Positions 38,308 to 51,051 of a DNA stretch of 64,000 nt are shown piece by piece. Source of the DNA: Eledone cirrhosa (Eukaryota); NCBI GenBank assembly GCA_964016885.1, contig OZ024740.1:332754001-332818000 (forward strand). Direction: 5' to 3'. The notes beneath the pieces are model-generated. The model had not been told where the DNA came from, ran no database searches, and saw only the letters and a program-made list of their open reading frames with translations. Numbering within the stretch: the first letter of the stretch is position 1; every line of letters starts with the position of its first letter. The translations under genes were made by a program, and so were the position numbers.

Positions 38308-39975
38308 GTTCTTTGAGTCTCAGTCATTGATGTTAGTTAACTGGAAAGTTTCTTGAAATGAATATCAAGATTCTACCTGTAGCCTCAGATATTTAGGACG
38401 TATCTGAGGGTTCTTGCTGTTCCCAGCAAGCATGCCTTTTGAAGTGTTCCAAAAAGCGGGGCTGGACTAATTTTCTTTAACCATATTTGGAAACTCTTTG
38501 AGATAGTACCTAGTGCGCCTATGACAATCGGGACGACCTTGACTTCATGGTAGCTTCAAATCCTTTTTACCTCCCACTTTCAGTCCTGGTATTGGTTAAT
38601 TTCCTCCCTTTCCTTTTCTTGCACTCTCCTGTCAAATGGGCAGGCTACATCTACAATCAGGCACGATCTTTTTTCCTTGTCCAAAACCACCAGGTCAGGC
38701 CTATTGTGTTCAAATTTCTTGTCCGTCTGTATCCTAAAATCCCATAGCACTTTCACCTGATCGTTTTCTATCACCGACTCTGGCTTATGCTCATACCACT
38801 TCTCCGAATGTGGTAAATTGTTTACTTTGAAAATGTGCCAGTGGATTTCCCTGCCCATCACATCATGTCTCCAGCCTTTATAGTGAGTCTGGGCTAGGTG
38901 ATAACACTCGGATACAATGTGAGCCACAGTCTTTTCTCTCTCTCTCTCCACAGATCCTCCACAGTGGGCTAGCCTCCTCCTTGTCAATATGGTGTTTCAC
39001 CCTCTTCGTTCTGAGGGCCTGCTCTTGTGCAGCCATTAGCATTCCTTCTGTAGTCTTTTTAAGGTCTCCTCTTTTTAACCAGTTCCATGTCTGTGGATCT
39101 CTAAATTCAGTTTTCTTAAAGAAGATACTATGAAGGGTTTTGTCATGAAGGTTGCTCTTCCTCCTTGTTGTTATTTCCTCCTTGGACATCACCTGGTCTA
39201 TTGTTTTCTCCTCCAGTACAATTTTGAGCATTGGCTCCCTACTGTCAGTCAGGTATTTGTGCAGGTTATTTTTCTCCATCTGAACACAGTCCTCTATGCT
39301 GATAAGACCTCTTCCACCTTCAGATCTCTTTAAGTAGAGTCTATCGACATCACTCCTCTTGTGGAACACGTTGTAGATAGTCAATAGCTTCCTAGTCTTC
39401 CTATCCATTTCCTTTTGTTCAGCAACATTCTATTTCAGAATTCCCGCAATGTACCTAATAATAGACACAGCTCGGGAATTCACTGCACTTATGACATTCC
39501 TACTATTTAGATGTGATTTTAATACGCTCCTTACTCTCCTAATATACTCAAATCTTATCACTTCCTTCATTTTGTTTTGTTCTTGATGTCATCTGCCTCC
39601 AGAACACCAAAATATTTGTATCCTTCTTTAGTGTCAATTTCCTTTATCATCTCACCTGTTGGTACCTGGATTCCATTGCTTCTGCTCAATTTACCCCTCT
39701 TCATCAAAATTCCATACATATATCATTGCTGAAAATACAGATAGTGTCAACAAGTACATCCAACTCCTTCTCACTCTTCCCAAAGAGTTTAAGATCGTCC
39801 AGGAAGAGGAGGGGGTTGATGGTAAGCTCTCCTTTTCCCAACTTGTATCCTGCTCTCACTTTTCGCAATATAATGGTCAGGGGCATCAGGGCAAGGACAA
39901 ACGACAGAGGGGACAGAATATCTCCCTGGAAGATACTTCTCTTGATCTTCACGCCTCCCAAGGATTCTCCAGCTG

Positions 39976-39976
<1 letters not shown>
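38308..39976 (-). mobile_element. Dong/R4-clade retrotransposon family A, 5'-truncated (RT C-half, CCHC, RLE, 3'UTR)
   Basis: IFQGDILSPLSF, LFLDDLKLF, LYLKRSEGGRGL, AAQEQAL, HIVSEC, RHD and NRPDLVV..DVACP motifs, flanked by (TTA)n on both sides. Confidence 0.92.
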
Positions 39977-40063
<87 letters not shown>

Positions 40064-40299
40064 GTTCTTTTAGTCTCAGTCATTGATGTTAGTTAACTGG
40101 AAAGTTGTTAAAATGAATATCAAGCCACTACCTGCAGCCTCAGATATTCAGGACGTATCGGAGAGTTCTTGCTGTTCCCAGCAAGCATGCCTTTTGAAGT
40201 GTTCAAAAAGCGGAGCAGGGCCAATTTTCTTTAACCATCCCTGGAAACTTTTTGAGATAGTACCTAGTGTGCCTATGACAATCGGAACCACTTTGACTT
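40064..40299 (-). mobile_element. Dong family A 3'-end fragment
   Basis: Same 3' terminus GTTCTTT.AGTCTCAGTCATTGATGTTAGTTAACTGG after (TTA)n. Confidence 0.9.
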
Positions 40300-40346
40300 A
40301 TATTCTTCTTCTTCTTCTTCTTCTTCTTCTTCTTCTTCTTCTTCTT

Positions 40347-40379
<33 letters not shown>

Positions 40380-40409
40380 ATTATCATTATTATTATTATT
40401 ATTATTGTT

Positions 40410-40982
40410 ATTCCTTGAATCTCAGTCATTGATGTTGGTTAACTGGAAAGTCCGTTGGATTGAATATCAAGCCACTACCTGCAGCCTCAGATATTCAGGA
40501 CGTATCGGAGGGTTCTTGCTGTTCCAAGCAAGCATGCCTTTTGAAGCGTTCCAAAAAGCGTGAAGGGGCCGATTTTCTTTAACCATCCCTGGAAACTTTT
40601 GGAGATAGTCCCCAGTGCGCCTATGACAATCGGGATCACTTTGACTTCATGGCAGTTCCAAATCCTTTTCACCTCCCACTTTAGGTCCTGGTATCGGTTA
40701 ATTTTCTCCCTCTCCTTCTCTTGCACTCTCGTGTCGAAGGGGCAGGCCACATCCACAATCAGGCACGATCTTTTTTCTTTGTCCACAACCACCAGGTCAG
40801 GTCTATTGTGTTCCAGTTTTTTGTCCGTCTGTATCCTAAAATCCCACAGCACCTTCACCTGATTGTTCTCCATCACCGCCTCTGGCCTATGCTCATACCA
40901 TTTCTCAGAATGTGGTAAATTGTTTACTTTGCACAGGTGCCAGTGGATCACCCTGCCCATCACATCGTGTCTCCAGCCCTTA

Positions 40983-40984
<2 letters not shown>
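40410..40984 (-). mobile_element. Dong family A fragment with an intact RLE domain
   Basis: ORF 40487-40963 reads HNRPDLVV..DVACPFD..EKINRYQDL..IPIVIGALG..LQKACLLGTARTLRYVLNI*, with (TTA)n flanks. Confidence 0.92.
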
Positions 40985-41038
<54 letters not shown>

Positions 41039-41039
<1 letters not shown>

Positions 41040-42055
41040 AGCTGCATTTATCTTGCTTTATGTTCATACGAGTTATCACTAAGTCACAACCAGTGACCTC
41101 AAGAGACAACAAGGTCCGCCATGTTCAAGAAAGAACATACATACTCACACATGCATCTTTAGGTGTTTAGACTTGTGATGTACTTATATTGACAGAATCT
41201 TCCTTAGTATATCGGCAGTTCCCACTAGTACTATCTTTTGTATTTCTCCTATACGCGGGTTTCCTGGGATTTGCGATAAGTAATCATTAGACCCCTTAGG
41301 TATCATTCCTAGAGCGCCTACAACCACTGGTATTGTTTTAGTTCTCAATTTCCACATTTTTCCAATTTCTATCTCCAGGTCCTTATACTTGCCCAATTTT
41401 TCAAATGTTTTTATAAATACATTCTTGTCTATTGGAACGGATATATCAATTAGCAGGCATACCCTCTTTTTAAAGTCCTTCAGTATTATATCAGGTCTAT
41501 TTGCATCTATTTTTCGGTCTGTTTGAATGCTAAAGTTCCACAAGATTGAAATGTGATCTTTTTCAAGTATGGGGGTGGTTGATGCTCCCACCAATTCTTT
41601 TGATGGGGCAGGTCAAAATGCTTACACATTATCCAATGAATGTATTGTGCAGCTCTGTCATGCCTGTTTAGGTATTCGGTTGGAGCTATAGGACTGCACA
41701 TTGAAATTATATGGTCAATGGTCTCTGGTTGTTTTTTTACATACACGGCATAATGGGCTGCATCCATTTTTTATTATGTTGGTTTGGTAATTTTTTGTTG
41801 GCAGACACTGATCTTGTACTGATATAATCAGTCCTTCAGTCTCCGATTTCAGTCCAGAGGATGCCAACCACTGATGGGTTAAAGTTTTGTCAACATCAGG
41901 ATTGTTAGCTCGTTCTGGTTATTTTCCATACAGAGGCTTTTCTTGCCATTTCTTAGCCAGTTTCTGTAGGAGTTCTTTCTTTGCAGTTACTTTTACCTGC
42001 TTTGCTTTTTCTGTGTTTTCCATTTCAGCAGTAAATGGGACTTCTGAAATTTGTC
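41039..42055 (-). mobile_element. Dong/R4 family B fragment with a different 3'UTR
   Basis: WQEKPLYGK, ETIDHIISMC..EYLNRHD, NRPDIIL..DISVP and IPVVVGALG motifs, with (TTA)n flanks. Confidence 0.9.
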
Positions 42056-42111
<56 letters not shown>

Positions 42112-42254
42112 GTTCTTTGAGTCTCAGTCATTGATGTTAGTTAACTGGAAAGTTTGTTGAAATGAATATCAAGCCACTACCTGCAGCCTCAGATATTCAG
42201 GACGTATCGGAGGGTTCTTGCAGTTCCCAGCAAGCATGCCTTTTGAAGCGTTCC
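42112..42254 (-). mobile_element. Dong family A 3'-end fragment
   Basis: Same terminus as the copies at 38308 and 40064, with (TTA)n on both sides. Confidence 0.9.
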
Positions 42255-42304
<50 letters not shown>

Positions 42305-42319
42305 GTTATTATTTTATAT

Positions 42320-42540
42320 CGGGCTATGGATTGGCAGTATGTGTAGAAGGTCGGACAATATGATATGCAGCTTGTGTTACGGCCCTTTATATTCTCAGTT
42401 CAAATCACACCGAGTTTTGCTTTATCTTACATCCTTTCAGGGTTGATAAAATAAATTACCAGTAACAGACTGATGTCGATATAATCGATTTCCCGTCCCG
42501 CCTCAAATTGCTGGCCTTGTGCTTCAACTAGAAGTCATTA
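42320..42540 (+). mobile_element. Degraded SINE copy, long variant
   Basis: GGATTGGCAGTAT...AGTTCAAATC...ATCCTTTCAGGGTTGATAAAATAAA...AATTGCTGGCCTTGTG. Confidence 0.65.
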
Positions 42541-42549
42541 TTATTGTTG

Positions 42550-43210
42550 TTTCGTCGCTCAGCTTCTAACGCTGTTACATTTTTAGCTGTTCACTATCAG
42601 TAACCGAAGGTAGCATCCATTATTTTGTTATTACCCACCGGAGTATTTGAGCTATTCCAAGCAATCCTGCTGTTTGTAAGTGTTCCATCCGTATTGCAAT
42701 CCCTAATTGTGTGATGTACTTCTCAAGATCCCTACTCACTGTTCCCAAGACTCCAACTGTTATTGGTATCACCATCAACTTTTTTCAATCTCCCCAGCTA
42801 TCCTGTCATCTGTATCATTTTTTTCACTTCTTTATCGCATTCCTTGTTATCAGCTAAACAGGCTATATCTATGATCCGATACTGTTTGATTTCTTTCTCA
42901 ATTAATACAATATCTGATCTCCTATGTTCAATCCTATGGTCACACTGTATCACAAAGCCTCATAGGATCTTTGCAACATCATTTTCGATAACGCTCTCCG
43001 GGTTACGTTCATACGACTTTTCCGCTTTGCCAAGTGCATATTTGCCACAAAGTTCCCAATGGACTATCCTTGCTATGTTGTCGTAACGTCTCTTAAATTC
43101 TGTCTAAGCTAGTGGTGCGCATTGGTTGGTAGTATTCAATAAGGTTTCTCCATTCCTTGCACAATTTTTACACTTATCACTTTCTGCTGTGTGGTCTACT
43201 CTATACGTGA
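42550..43210 (-). pseudogene. Older R4/Dong-type 3' fragment (family C)
   Basis: Minus strand reads DKCKNC...CAPLA and VIPITVGVLGTVSRDLEKYITQLGIAIRMEHLQTAGLLGIAQILR. Confidence 0.75.
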
Positions 43211-43399
43211 TGTAATTAGTTCTTATTCTTCTTCTCATTATTATTCGTAATGCTTCTGCTTTGGTGGATGTTATACCGACACTGTACCTAAAGAACCAGC
43301 CATAGCCAATGGCCAAATGTCCTTTATGTTATTCCTTCTTCTTCAACTTTCTAACACCCTTCTTAGAATCGTTGCTGTTCCTAGCAATGTTTTTTCTTC

Positions 43400-44010
43400 T
43401 GCACCAACATTTTGCAAATGGGCCAAACACAATTGGTACCACTTCTACGTGTCCGATTCTTCATAGTTTCCTGATTTCTTTCAACAGCTCCGGCTATATC
43501 TCGACTTTCTCACTTTCCTTCTCATTCACCATGTGGTCCCACTGTGAAGCAATATTCACGATGCATACATTGTTATTCATCTTTTCTACGGTAACAATGC
43601 CAGGATTTCTAGGCACTGGATGGTAATGTCCTCCAAGATCTCATACTATTCATTTACAACTGCCCTTTCTGGTTGGTGTTCACACCATTTCTCACTTATA
43701 CTCATGTCATGCTTATGACATGTGCTTCCAATTAACCAATCTGTTAAATGTCTCGTGCCTTCACTTGTACTCTTTCTGAGGAAACGTAATACGTTCATTA
43801 ATAATTTGGTTTATTGTCTCACCTTTCTCACCACACAACCCACAATGTGGGTAATTCATTGACTTTATATAGTTCATTCTCAGTGCCTTTAGCTGGACTG
43901 CAACAGTCAGGGCCTCAGTTTCAACTTTTAAATCACTTGTCCTAGTCCATTCCCAGTTCTTATCTTTGTCAACTGTTTCAGGCAATTCACGTACGAATTG
44001 ACCATACTTA
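43400..44010 (-). pseudogene. Older R4/Dong-type fragment
   Basis: ORF 43761-43985 reads WEWTRTSDLKVETEALTVAVQLKALRMNYIK..CGLCGEKGETI..QKEYK. Confidence 0.7.
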
Positions 44011-44151
44011 TTTCATTACATCAGAGGCCAAATCTACCTGAGACTGATTTTGATTTTCAGTCTCCTAGATGTCCTAAAATAAATACTGGAATGTAATCCT
44101 ATTCTAATATACATACCTGTGTGTCTACATTAGTACACATTCACAAGTTTC

Positions 44152-44225
44152 GGATACTGTCTCTTAGAAGTCAATCAAAGGGAACATTCAATTTCACTTT
44201 GATTGACTTCTAAGAGACAATATCC
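44152..44225. repeat. Hairpin with a 23-bp perfect core stem
   Basis: TGTCTCTTAGAAGTCAATCAAAG ... CTTTGATTGACTTCTAAGAGACA. Confidence 0.9.
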
Positions 44226-44893
44226 AAACACTTAAATCACCGGAAGTTTTGATTTCATATATTTCAGAAGTTAGATTAATTTTACTAAACAATGTCCATA
44301 TTGTTTTAATATACAAACATTGTGTTATAAGGTGTTTTTTACTTGAAAAGCGTTAGACTTAGGGGCCTGTTGCCAGAAAACTCAAACACAAGCAGCAGCC
44401 TAACTGGCATCCATAAAAAAAATAATGTATGTTGATGGACACAACTTTGTTGGCTGTCACCGCCGCATCAAAGCGGAAACTGCTTCCCTAGAGTAATGAC
44501 AAATAAGGTAGGGTTGTGGCAGGGGAAGTGTTTGTCGTAAAATGATCGATCAACTTCAAAACCGTGGACAAATAGACATGTCGTTGATGTTTGTTAAAAA
44601 AAAACACTTCTAAACCACGCCCACCAGAAAATATTGTAAAATTAAAGTGAATTATAAACTCATAGTGGAATAACCTTTGGAATAAAAATGTCAATATATC
44701 AGTATATTATAGTGCCTTACAAATGGATTACCTAATAAGCCATCGAAAGATGTCGTGACATGGATTGCGTCATGGTATGATAATATAGCCATTGCTCTAA
44801 AGAAATAGCTATTATGACGAATTACGTAATAAACAATTTATAGCTAGCTGGTTTTCCTATTGTATCATTAATATCTATATATATATATATATA

Positions 44894-45720
44894 CTAGCTG
44901 AGGTACTCTGCTTAGCCCGAGATAACAGTTAAGAGAAGACAGTTAAAAGCAAAGACGACTGCATTGGATGTGTTATCTGGTTTACAGTATGAGGGGAGAC
45001 CGTAATGTATGTGTGTGTGTATGGATGTGTGTGTGTGTGTGTGTGCGTGTGTGTGTATGTGTGTGTGGTTGTGTGTGTGTGGGATAGATATATAGATAGA
45101 TAGATAAATAGAGAGAGAGAGAGAGAGAGATAGAGAGAGAGAGAAACGAAAACAATCATAAAGTTCCTTCTTAGCGTGGGGTAGTAAACTGCCAATTAAA
45201 TGGTATCATTGGCCTTGGATTTTAAGTATGAAATAACCATAGTCAGTATGATGTTTTTCAGCTCCAAACGCAGCATTATACCGCATAACATTGCTTCTGA
45301 AGTGATTAGCTTCGTTGCTATTGTATGGACGTATATGGATAAAAGCTGGAGGGTTCTCTATCAGTGGAAGTTTGACCTTTCCTCCTAAGCAACACATGCC
45401 ACGTACACTATCTCTGCTACCAATCGCAACTTTAGGATCATTTCAATAAACCTTCGATGGATCATATGAAAACGCAGCTCTTAGCTAGTTTATTCTGCCT
45501 TAAAGAGTCGTTTATGCTCGACGAGTTTGTATTGCAACTGTCATTGCATCTTGGTGATATTCATATTGAACCTCTGTTTATTGCGATAGTCTTTCTCCTT
45601 GCCATAATGTTTATGTTTCCTGTTTCAGGCTCTGTACACTTTCAGAAAGTTGCGATCGTCTTTCGTGTTGTCTTAACCTTTCTGTTTCCCATCTCATATT
45701 CTGAATTAGGGCAATAATAA
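44894..45720 (-). mobile_element. Deleted Helitron carrying a fragment of the Rep/helicase N-terminal region
   Basis: ORF 45206-45397 reads MCCLGGKVKLPLIENPP..EANHFRSNVMRYNAAF..LKIQGQ, followed by YHLIGSLLP, which is the Helitron N-terminal motif series. A 3' hairpin and CTAG|T lie at 44894. The 5' boundary is uncertain. Confidence 0.75.
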
Positions 45721-46554
45721 CAGGACACTATCATCAAAAAGCGAAAAGTAATATACACCATAGATTAATTTCAATTAGTATTAATTTTTTCAGTGTTCTG
45801 CAAAATCAAAGACTGGTGTAAAACGACTTTATGAAAGCTAATGCAATATTGTTAATCATTCAACTGATATTTGATCTTTAGTGTAAGCCATTTCTAGACT
45901 TTTGTGGGACGTCTCTCGCGCTCTCTCTCTCTCTCTCTCTCTGCCTCCATCTGAATATCTAACACATTAATTGCATCTCTCTCTCTCTCTTTATATCGGC
46001 CTCTCTCTCTCTTCCTCTCCCTCTGTGTGTCTCTCTCTCTCTTTAGATCTGTGTGTGTGTCCGTTATGTCAGTCGTCACAGAAATGTATGTATACTCACA
46101 CACACATACACTCTCACATATACTTAGCAGTCAGCACATATGCATATGTATGTGTAGACGTGTGTGTGTGCTTAGTTCTCTGTGTATCTAATTAAATATT
46201 TACATGAAGATAATATGTATACAACTTACTAAAACCTAACGTACGTAACGAACGCACAAGCACAGACACAGTAACTGGCACATACACACGCATAATCAAA
46301 ATGTGATGTCTTTGTCGTCGTGTTATAAACTGTCGTTTGCTTATAGTTGACCATGGAAAGATTATTTTAGATAAAATGTTATGTTGTTTTAATCGAAATG
46401 AAAATAAATAATACATGTTATTAATCCGTGGTCTAACCTTAGAAAATTTGATTTGATTTTGTGACGAGCCGTTTGAGATTCCATAAGGAAAAGACAGACA
46501 GAGAGACAAAGAATTATATATATAATTGTATATATATATATGTATATATATATG

Positions 46555-46665
<111 letters not shown>

Positions 46666-46925
46666 GAGAGAGAGAGAGAGAATTCCTCGGCAAACGTTGC
46701 TCGAATACGCGCGTTTCACCGAACGGATTTTCAACACGTGTATGGCTGCGGGTCGAACATCCATCTGGTAAAACGTGTGTTCTCCAGTATGGTTAGCTAC
46801 ATTATTGTGGAACTAACAGTACCCAAACTTGTTCCTTGGCCTCAATGCCCTATCAACTACGGATATAACCTCCAAGCTTATTTACCACTATATGTATGTG
46901 TATTTACCACTATATATGTATTTAC

Positions 46926-46994
<69 letters not shown>

Positions 46995-47007
46995 CATGCA
47001 TACACAT

Positions 47008-47533
47008 ATGATGATGGCTGCCCCCTCTTTATCGCGTATGGCCATTGCACGATATACCATTATTAATAATTATTAATTAATTCTATTGTGTAATGCCTGT
47101 ACGTGAAGATATTTTTTAAAGTGAGGAAAGACTGTGCACTGGGCCAATCCCACTCTCTGAGCGACAGTTGCTATAACCCGACAAGAAGAAAAGATCAACC
47201 TCATCGGTTACTACTGAGCCGCAGGTTTTATATCGGAGTTATACCAATTTTCCTGAGATGCCTTTCTCCTAGAAGAATGCCCTGACAAAGGCTAGGGGTC
47301 CTTCACTCCCAGTGTTTTAACCACGCGATCGGGTGTCTATCCCGACTATTTCCATGTCCCCGCGCATACACACACACATGCACTCATGTATATACACATA
47401 CATATGTACATGTGTATATACATATTTACACACTTTTGGATGGCCGTTGACTCTTATGAGTTATTCCGCCCTTTGTCAGGTTTTGTTTTTTGTTCTGCTG
47501 TGTGTCCAAAATCACGCTCGTCACCAAGTAAAC
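47008..47533 (-). mobile_element. Second copy of the ~600-bp element at 28027
   Basis: Reverse complement homology, for example KKQNLTKGG..HKSQRPSKSV appears in both ORF translations. Confidence 0.75.
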
Positions 47534-48584
47534 TACATACATACATACATACATACATACATACATACATACATACATACATACATACATACATACATAC
47601 ATACCATATATCACATTAGTGTTTAAATTTACACCCTGTTTATATGTATTCCGGAAGAGGTTTTCGCATCATTTGGCTCAAATCCATTCCTCTATCTAAT
47701 AATCCGACAAAGGAAATGAATTTGTTTCCCACTATATTATGTTTTCTACAACATGCACTTCTGATTTGATTCAACGATAAAACAATATTTTGCTTGTTAG
47801 CAATGTTAACGATTAGTAGTAGCACCAAAAATGGAAATCATGCAAAACCAGTCGATTTATGTTACTGGTTTATTAGAGCATTACCAGTGTTTTAATACAA
47901 TACTATATTTTATTTTGGAATTTATTCATATATTTTGCCTATACCGTATATATAGTTAGTTGTAAATATCTTAAGTGTACATGACATAGAATCCCCGACG
48001 AAAAAAAGGTGCTGCACTAGTTTTTCCCTCGCGTGCTAGAACCTCACTAAAAATAACTCTTACTGGATAACTACTCATAGAATTACTATTACTAAAAGTT
48101 GAAATAAGCCACATACTGCAGCTTCAAGCAAAAATAATTTGTGAATCTATTTAGCTGCCAATAATGCTTTATATATGAAAATTAGTATGCCCTTAGCTGT
48201 AGTAGGTTTGTGAGTAATATCTCTATGCGAATTTGATAAGGATACACAGCGTGTCATGCCATCCCCATATAAAATTGACCAACAGTCTTTTCTGGCCATG
48301 AAAATAGTATACATATAAACTAGAAATACACATGGCATTGCATAGTTGGTTAAACATCTATAGACATACTCTATAGTAGAGTACAGCATTGATCTATATT
48401 ACGTCTAGTTTAGTATTGTTAGCCTTTTGATAAGCATGGACTTCAATAGCAGTTTTGAATAACTGTCAGGTACGAATGGCTAATAAAAGTCGGTATCATG
48501 AATATAGTGGCAATTTAATCATTAATCGACTCCTCTCTGGATTTGGGGCCTTTGATCTTATGATTTTATATATATATATATACG

Positions 48585-48726
48585 TTAATCCAGGTTGAAA
48601 CGGAGGTAACCAGAGTAAGTTACTCAATACATAGCAGAGTATAAAAGTTTTAATATGCCAGATTCCTGATGATTTCTAAAGAATGAAACAGTTCTAGGCC
48701 TGTAGAATCTCATCTATATTAAAACC
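48585..48726. mobile_element. Short PLE-like element (family of 15198) with its hammerhead segment inverted
   Basis: Shares TACTCAATACATAGCAGAGTA with the other copies, but the hammerhead part lies on the + strand. Confidence 0.6.
48660..48710 (+). ncRNA. Type I hammerhead ribozyme motif, complete
   Basis: AGAUUC-CUGAUGA-UUUC-UAAA-GAAU-GAA-ACAG-uucuaggc-CUGU-A-GAAUCU, with a 6-bp stem I, 4-bp stem III and GUA site. Confidence 0.7.
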
Positions 48727-49643
48727 TATATATATATATATATACACACACACATATATATATGTATATATGTATATATGTATATATACACACACACATT
48801 ATATATATATATGTGTGTGTGTGTTTGTGCGTGTTTATATAAATATATACGCATTTAGAGATAGATTGAAGGAGAGGGAATGAAAAGAGAGAGGAATTGA
48901 TATTCATTCTTAATTATCTGATAAGACAAGATAGAATATATTATGATCCTGTTGTAGATTCGCTGAATCAGTAAAGGTTAATCAAGCTCATGTAAAAATG
49001 AGGTGAGACTAATATATAATGTGTTATGACTAGCCTTCATAATATAGTTTGTTAAATATTGCACTGCATAAAGATGGGTTGTATAATCAATACTGTATCT
49101 GCCGGGTGATAAAAACTTATTTATAATTTATCAACCGAATCAAGTTTTGTGATAATACTGAAGAATTATCGTTAAATGTTAATATTAATCTCAGTTCTGT
49201 ATTGCATAAGCAAATAAATGCGTTTGATGTTAATGCTGATAGAAATCAACTCCTACATCTGACTTGGCTTTGCTTGCACCACGAATGCTTGATCAATTTA
49301 ATGTCTAGACGAACATGAGAATAAATATAATATATTGGTACACACACATACATACACACATATATGTGAGTCTCTGTCAGTGTAGATGCATCTAAGATAA
49401 TATAAGTATCAACATTCTCACTACGTACTTAGACTTTTTCTTCTCATATAAATAACATATACACATCTATACAATCAGCTACGATTCCATCTCTCATTGT
49501 ATTCCATTAAAGCAAGACAATACATGTATTCGAAGCGGTAGGGAATTTCAGAAATGTGTTTCTGTCTGGGTGCTAGCATCTCTGAACAGTTTGTAAGTAC
49601 ACAGGTGAAATTGTAGAGTAACATCGCTGTTCAATTCGCACTA

Positions 49644-49694
<51 letters not shown>

Positions 49695-49720
49695 CACACA
49701 CACATATATATATATTACAG

Positions 49721-49759
49721 TAACAGATTCGCTGCTTTCACCCTTACTGGGATCTTCAG
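49721..49759 (-). ncRNA. Hammerhead core with poor stem I
   Basis: CUGAAGA-UCCC-AGUAA-GGGU-GAA-AGCAG-cgaau-CUGUU-A. Confidence 0.45.
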
Positions 49760-49900
49760 ATGACCCCGTTAAACGATTATTTGCTTAAACTTTAATCTGT
49801 TATTTTGATAAATATTTGCTTATTGTTTAATATATTTTGGTATATATATATATTATCCTTATCGAGCCCTCTTCGGATTGTAGTCTTCACATTTATTATC

Positions 49901-50089
49901 CGGTGGATTGGCAGTATCAGTAGAGGGTTGGACGCCATGCTTTGACGCAAAGAGTTACGTCCCTTTACGATCTGAGTTCAAATCCCTCCGAGGTTAACTT
50001 TGCCTTTCATCCTTACGGGTTCGATAAAATAAAGTACAAGTAATGTACTGGTTAATTGCTGGCCTTGTGCCAAAAGTAGAAACAATTAT
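49901..50089 (+). mobile_element. SINE copy
   Basis: Matches the consensus. Confidence 0.88.
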
Positions 50090-50094
50090 ATATA

Positions 50095-51006
50095 TCTCTG
50101 TTTCTCCCCTTCTCACTTCTTCCCGTTTCGTTGGTAGTGGGGTTCTTTCTTGCTCGCATCTCACTCACTTCGGACGGTCTGTATTCTGAACGCTCATGAA
50201 ATTCACCCAGCTTATGCTGACCGGATAACCATGTTGCTTGTTTTTTTTCCTATCTTCGGTTTGCTTTTATCCTTCTATGTTGTTTACTTGTCTCACTCGC
50301 TTTACGCGACTCACTTGTCACAATAGCTTTCTTTAGTTATTGCTCGCACCAACCTGAGGTATATGATTTTTAATGCGATGAAATACCAATGATGGTTGGC
50401 AATCACTGACGAGGGACTAATTTTATAATGTGTAACCCATGTGCAACCACGCAGTATTCCTCTTTCTTCTCATGTTTTTTATACATATGTACCTCGGCTG
50501 CGTTTGTCTGTTTCCCTCTTTCTCTCTTACTGCTCCCCCATGCTCTCTGTTTCTCTCACCTTCTTTCGCCCCCTCTGTCAGTTACACTTTCTCTCGACTG
50601 ACCTCTTCCTCGCACTTCCACTCACTCACTCTCTGTTTCTCCCCTTCTCACTTCCTCCCGTTTCGTTGGTAGTGGGGTTCTTTCTTGCTCACATCTCACT
50701 CACTTCGGACGGTCTGTATTCTGAACGCTCATGAAATTCACCCGGCATATGTTGACCGGATAAACATGTTGCTTGTTTTTTTTCCTATCTTCGGTTTGCT
50801 TTTATCCTTCTATGTTGTTTACTTGTCTCACTCGCTTTACGCGACTCACTTGTCCCAATAGCTTTTTTAGTTATTGCTCGCACCAACCTGAGGTATATGA
50901 TTTTTAATGTGATGAAATACCAATGATGATTGGCAAATCACTGACGAGGGACTAATTTTATAATATGTAACCTATGTGCAACCACGCAGTATTCCTCTTT
51001 CTTCTC

Positions 51007-51013
<7 letters not shown>
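50095..51013. repeat. Partial tandem duplication: ~385-bp direct repeats (50095-50480 and 50630-51013) around a ~150-bp unique segment
   Basis: TCTCTGTTTCTCCCCTTCTCACTTC...CTCTTTCTTCTCATGTTTT is repeated at a 535-bp offset. Confidence 0.9.
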
Positions 51014-51051
<38 letters not shown>

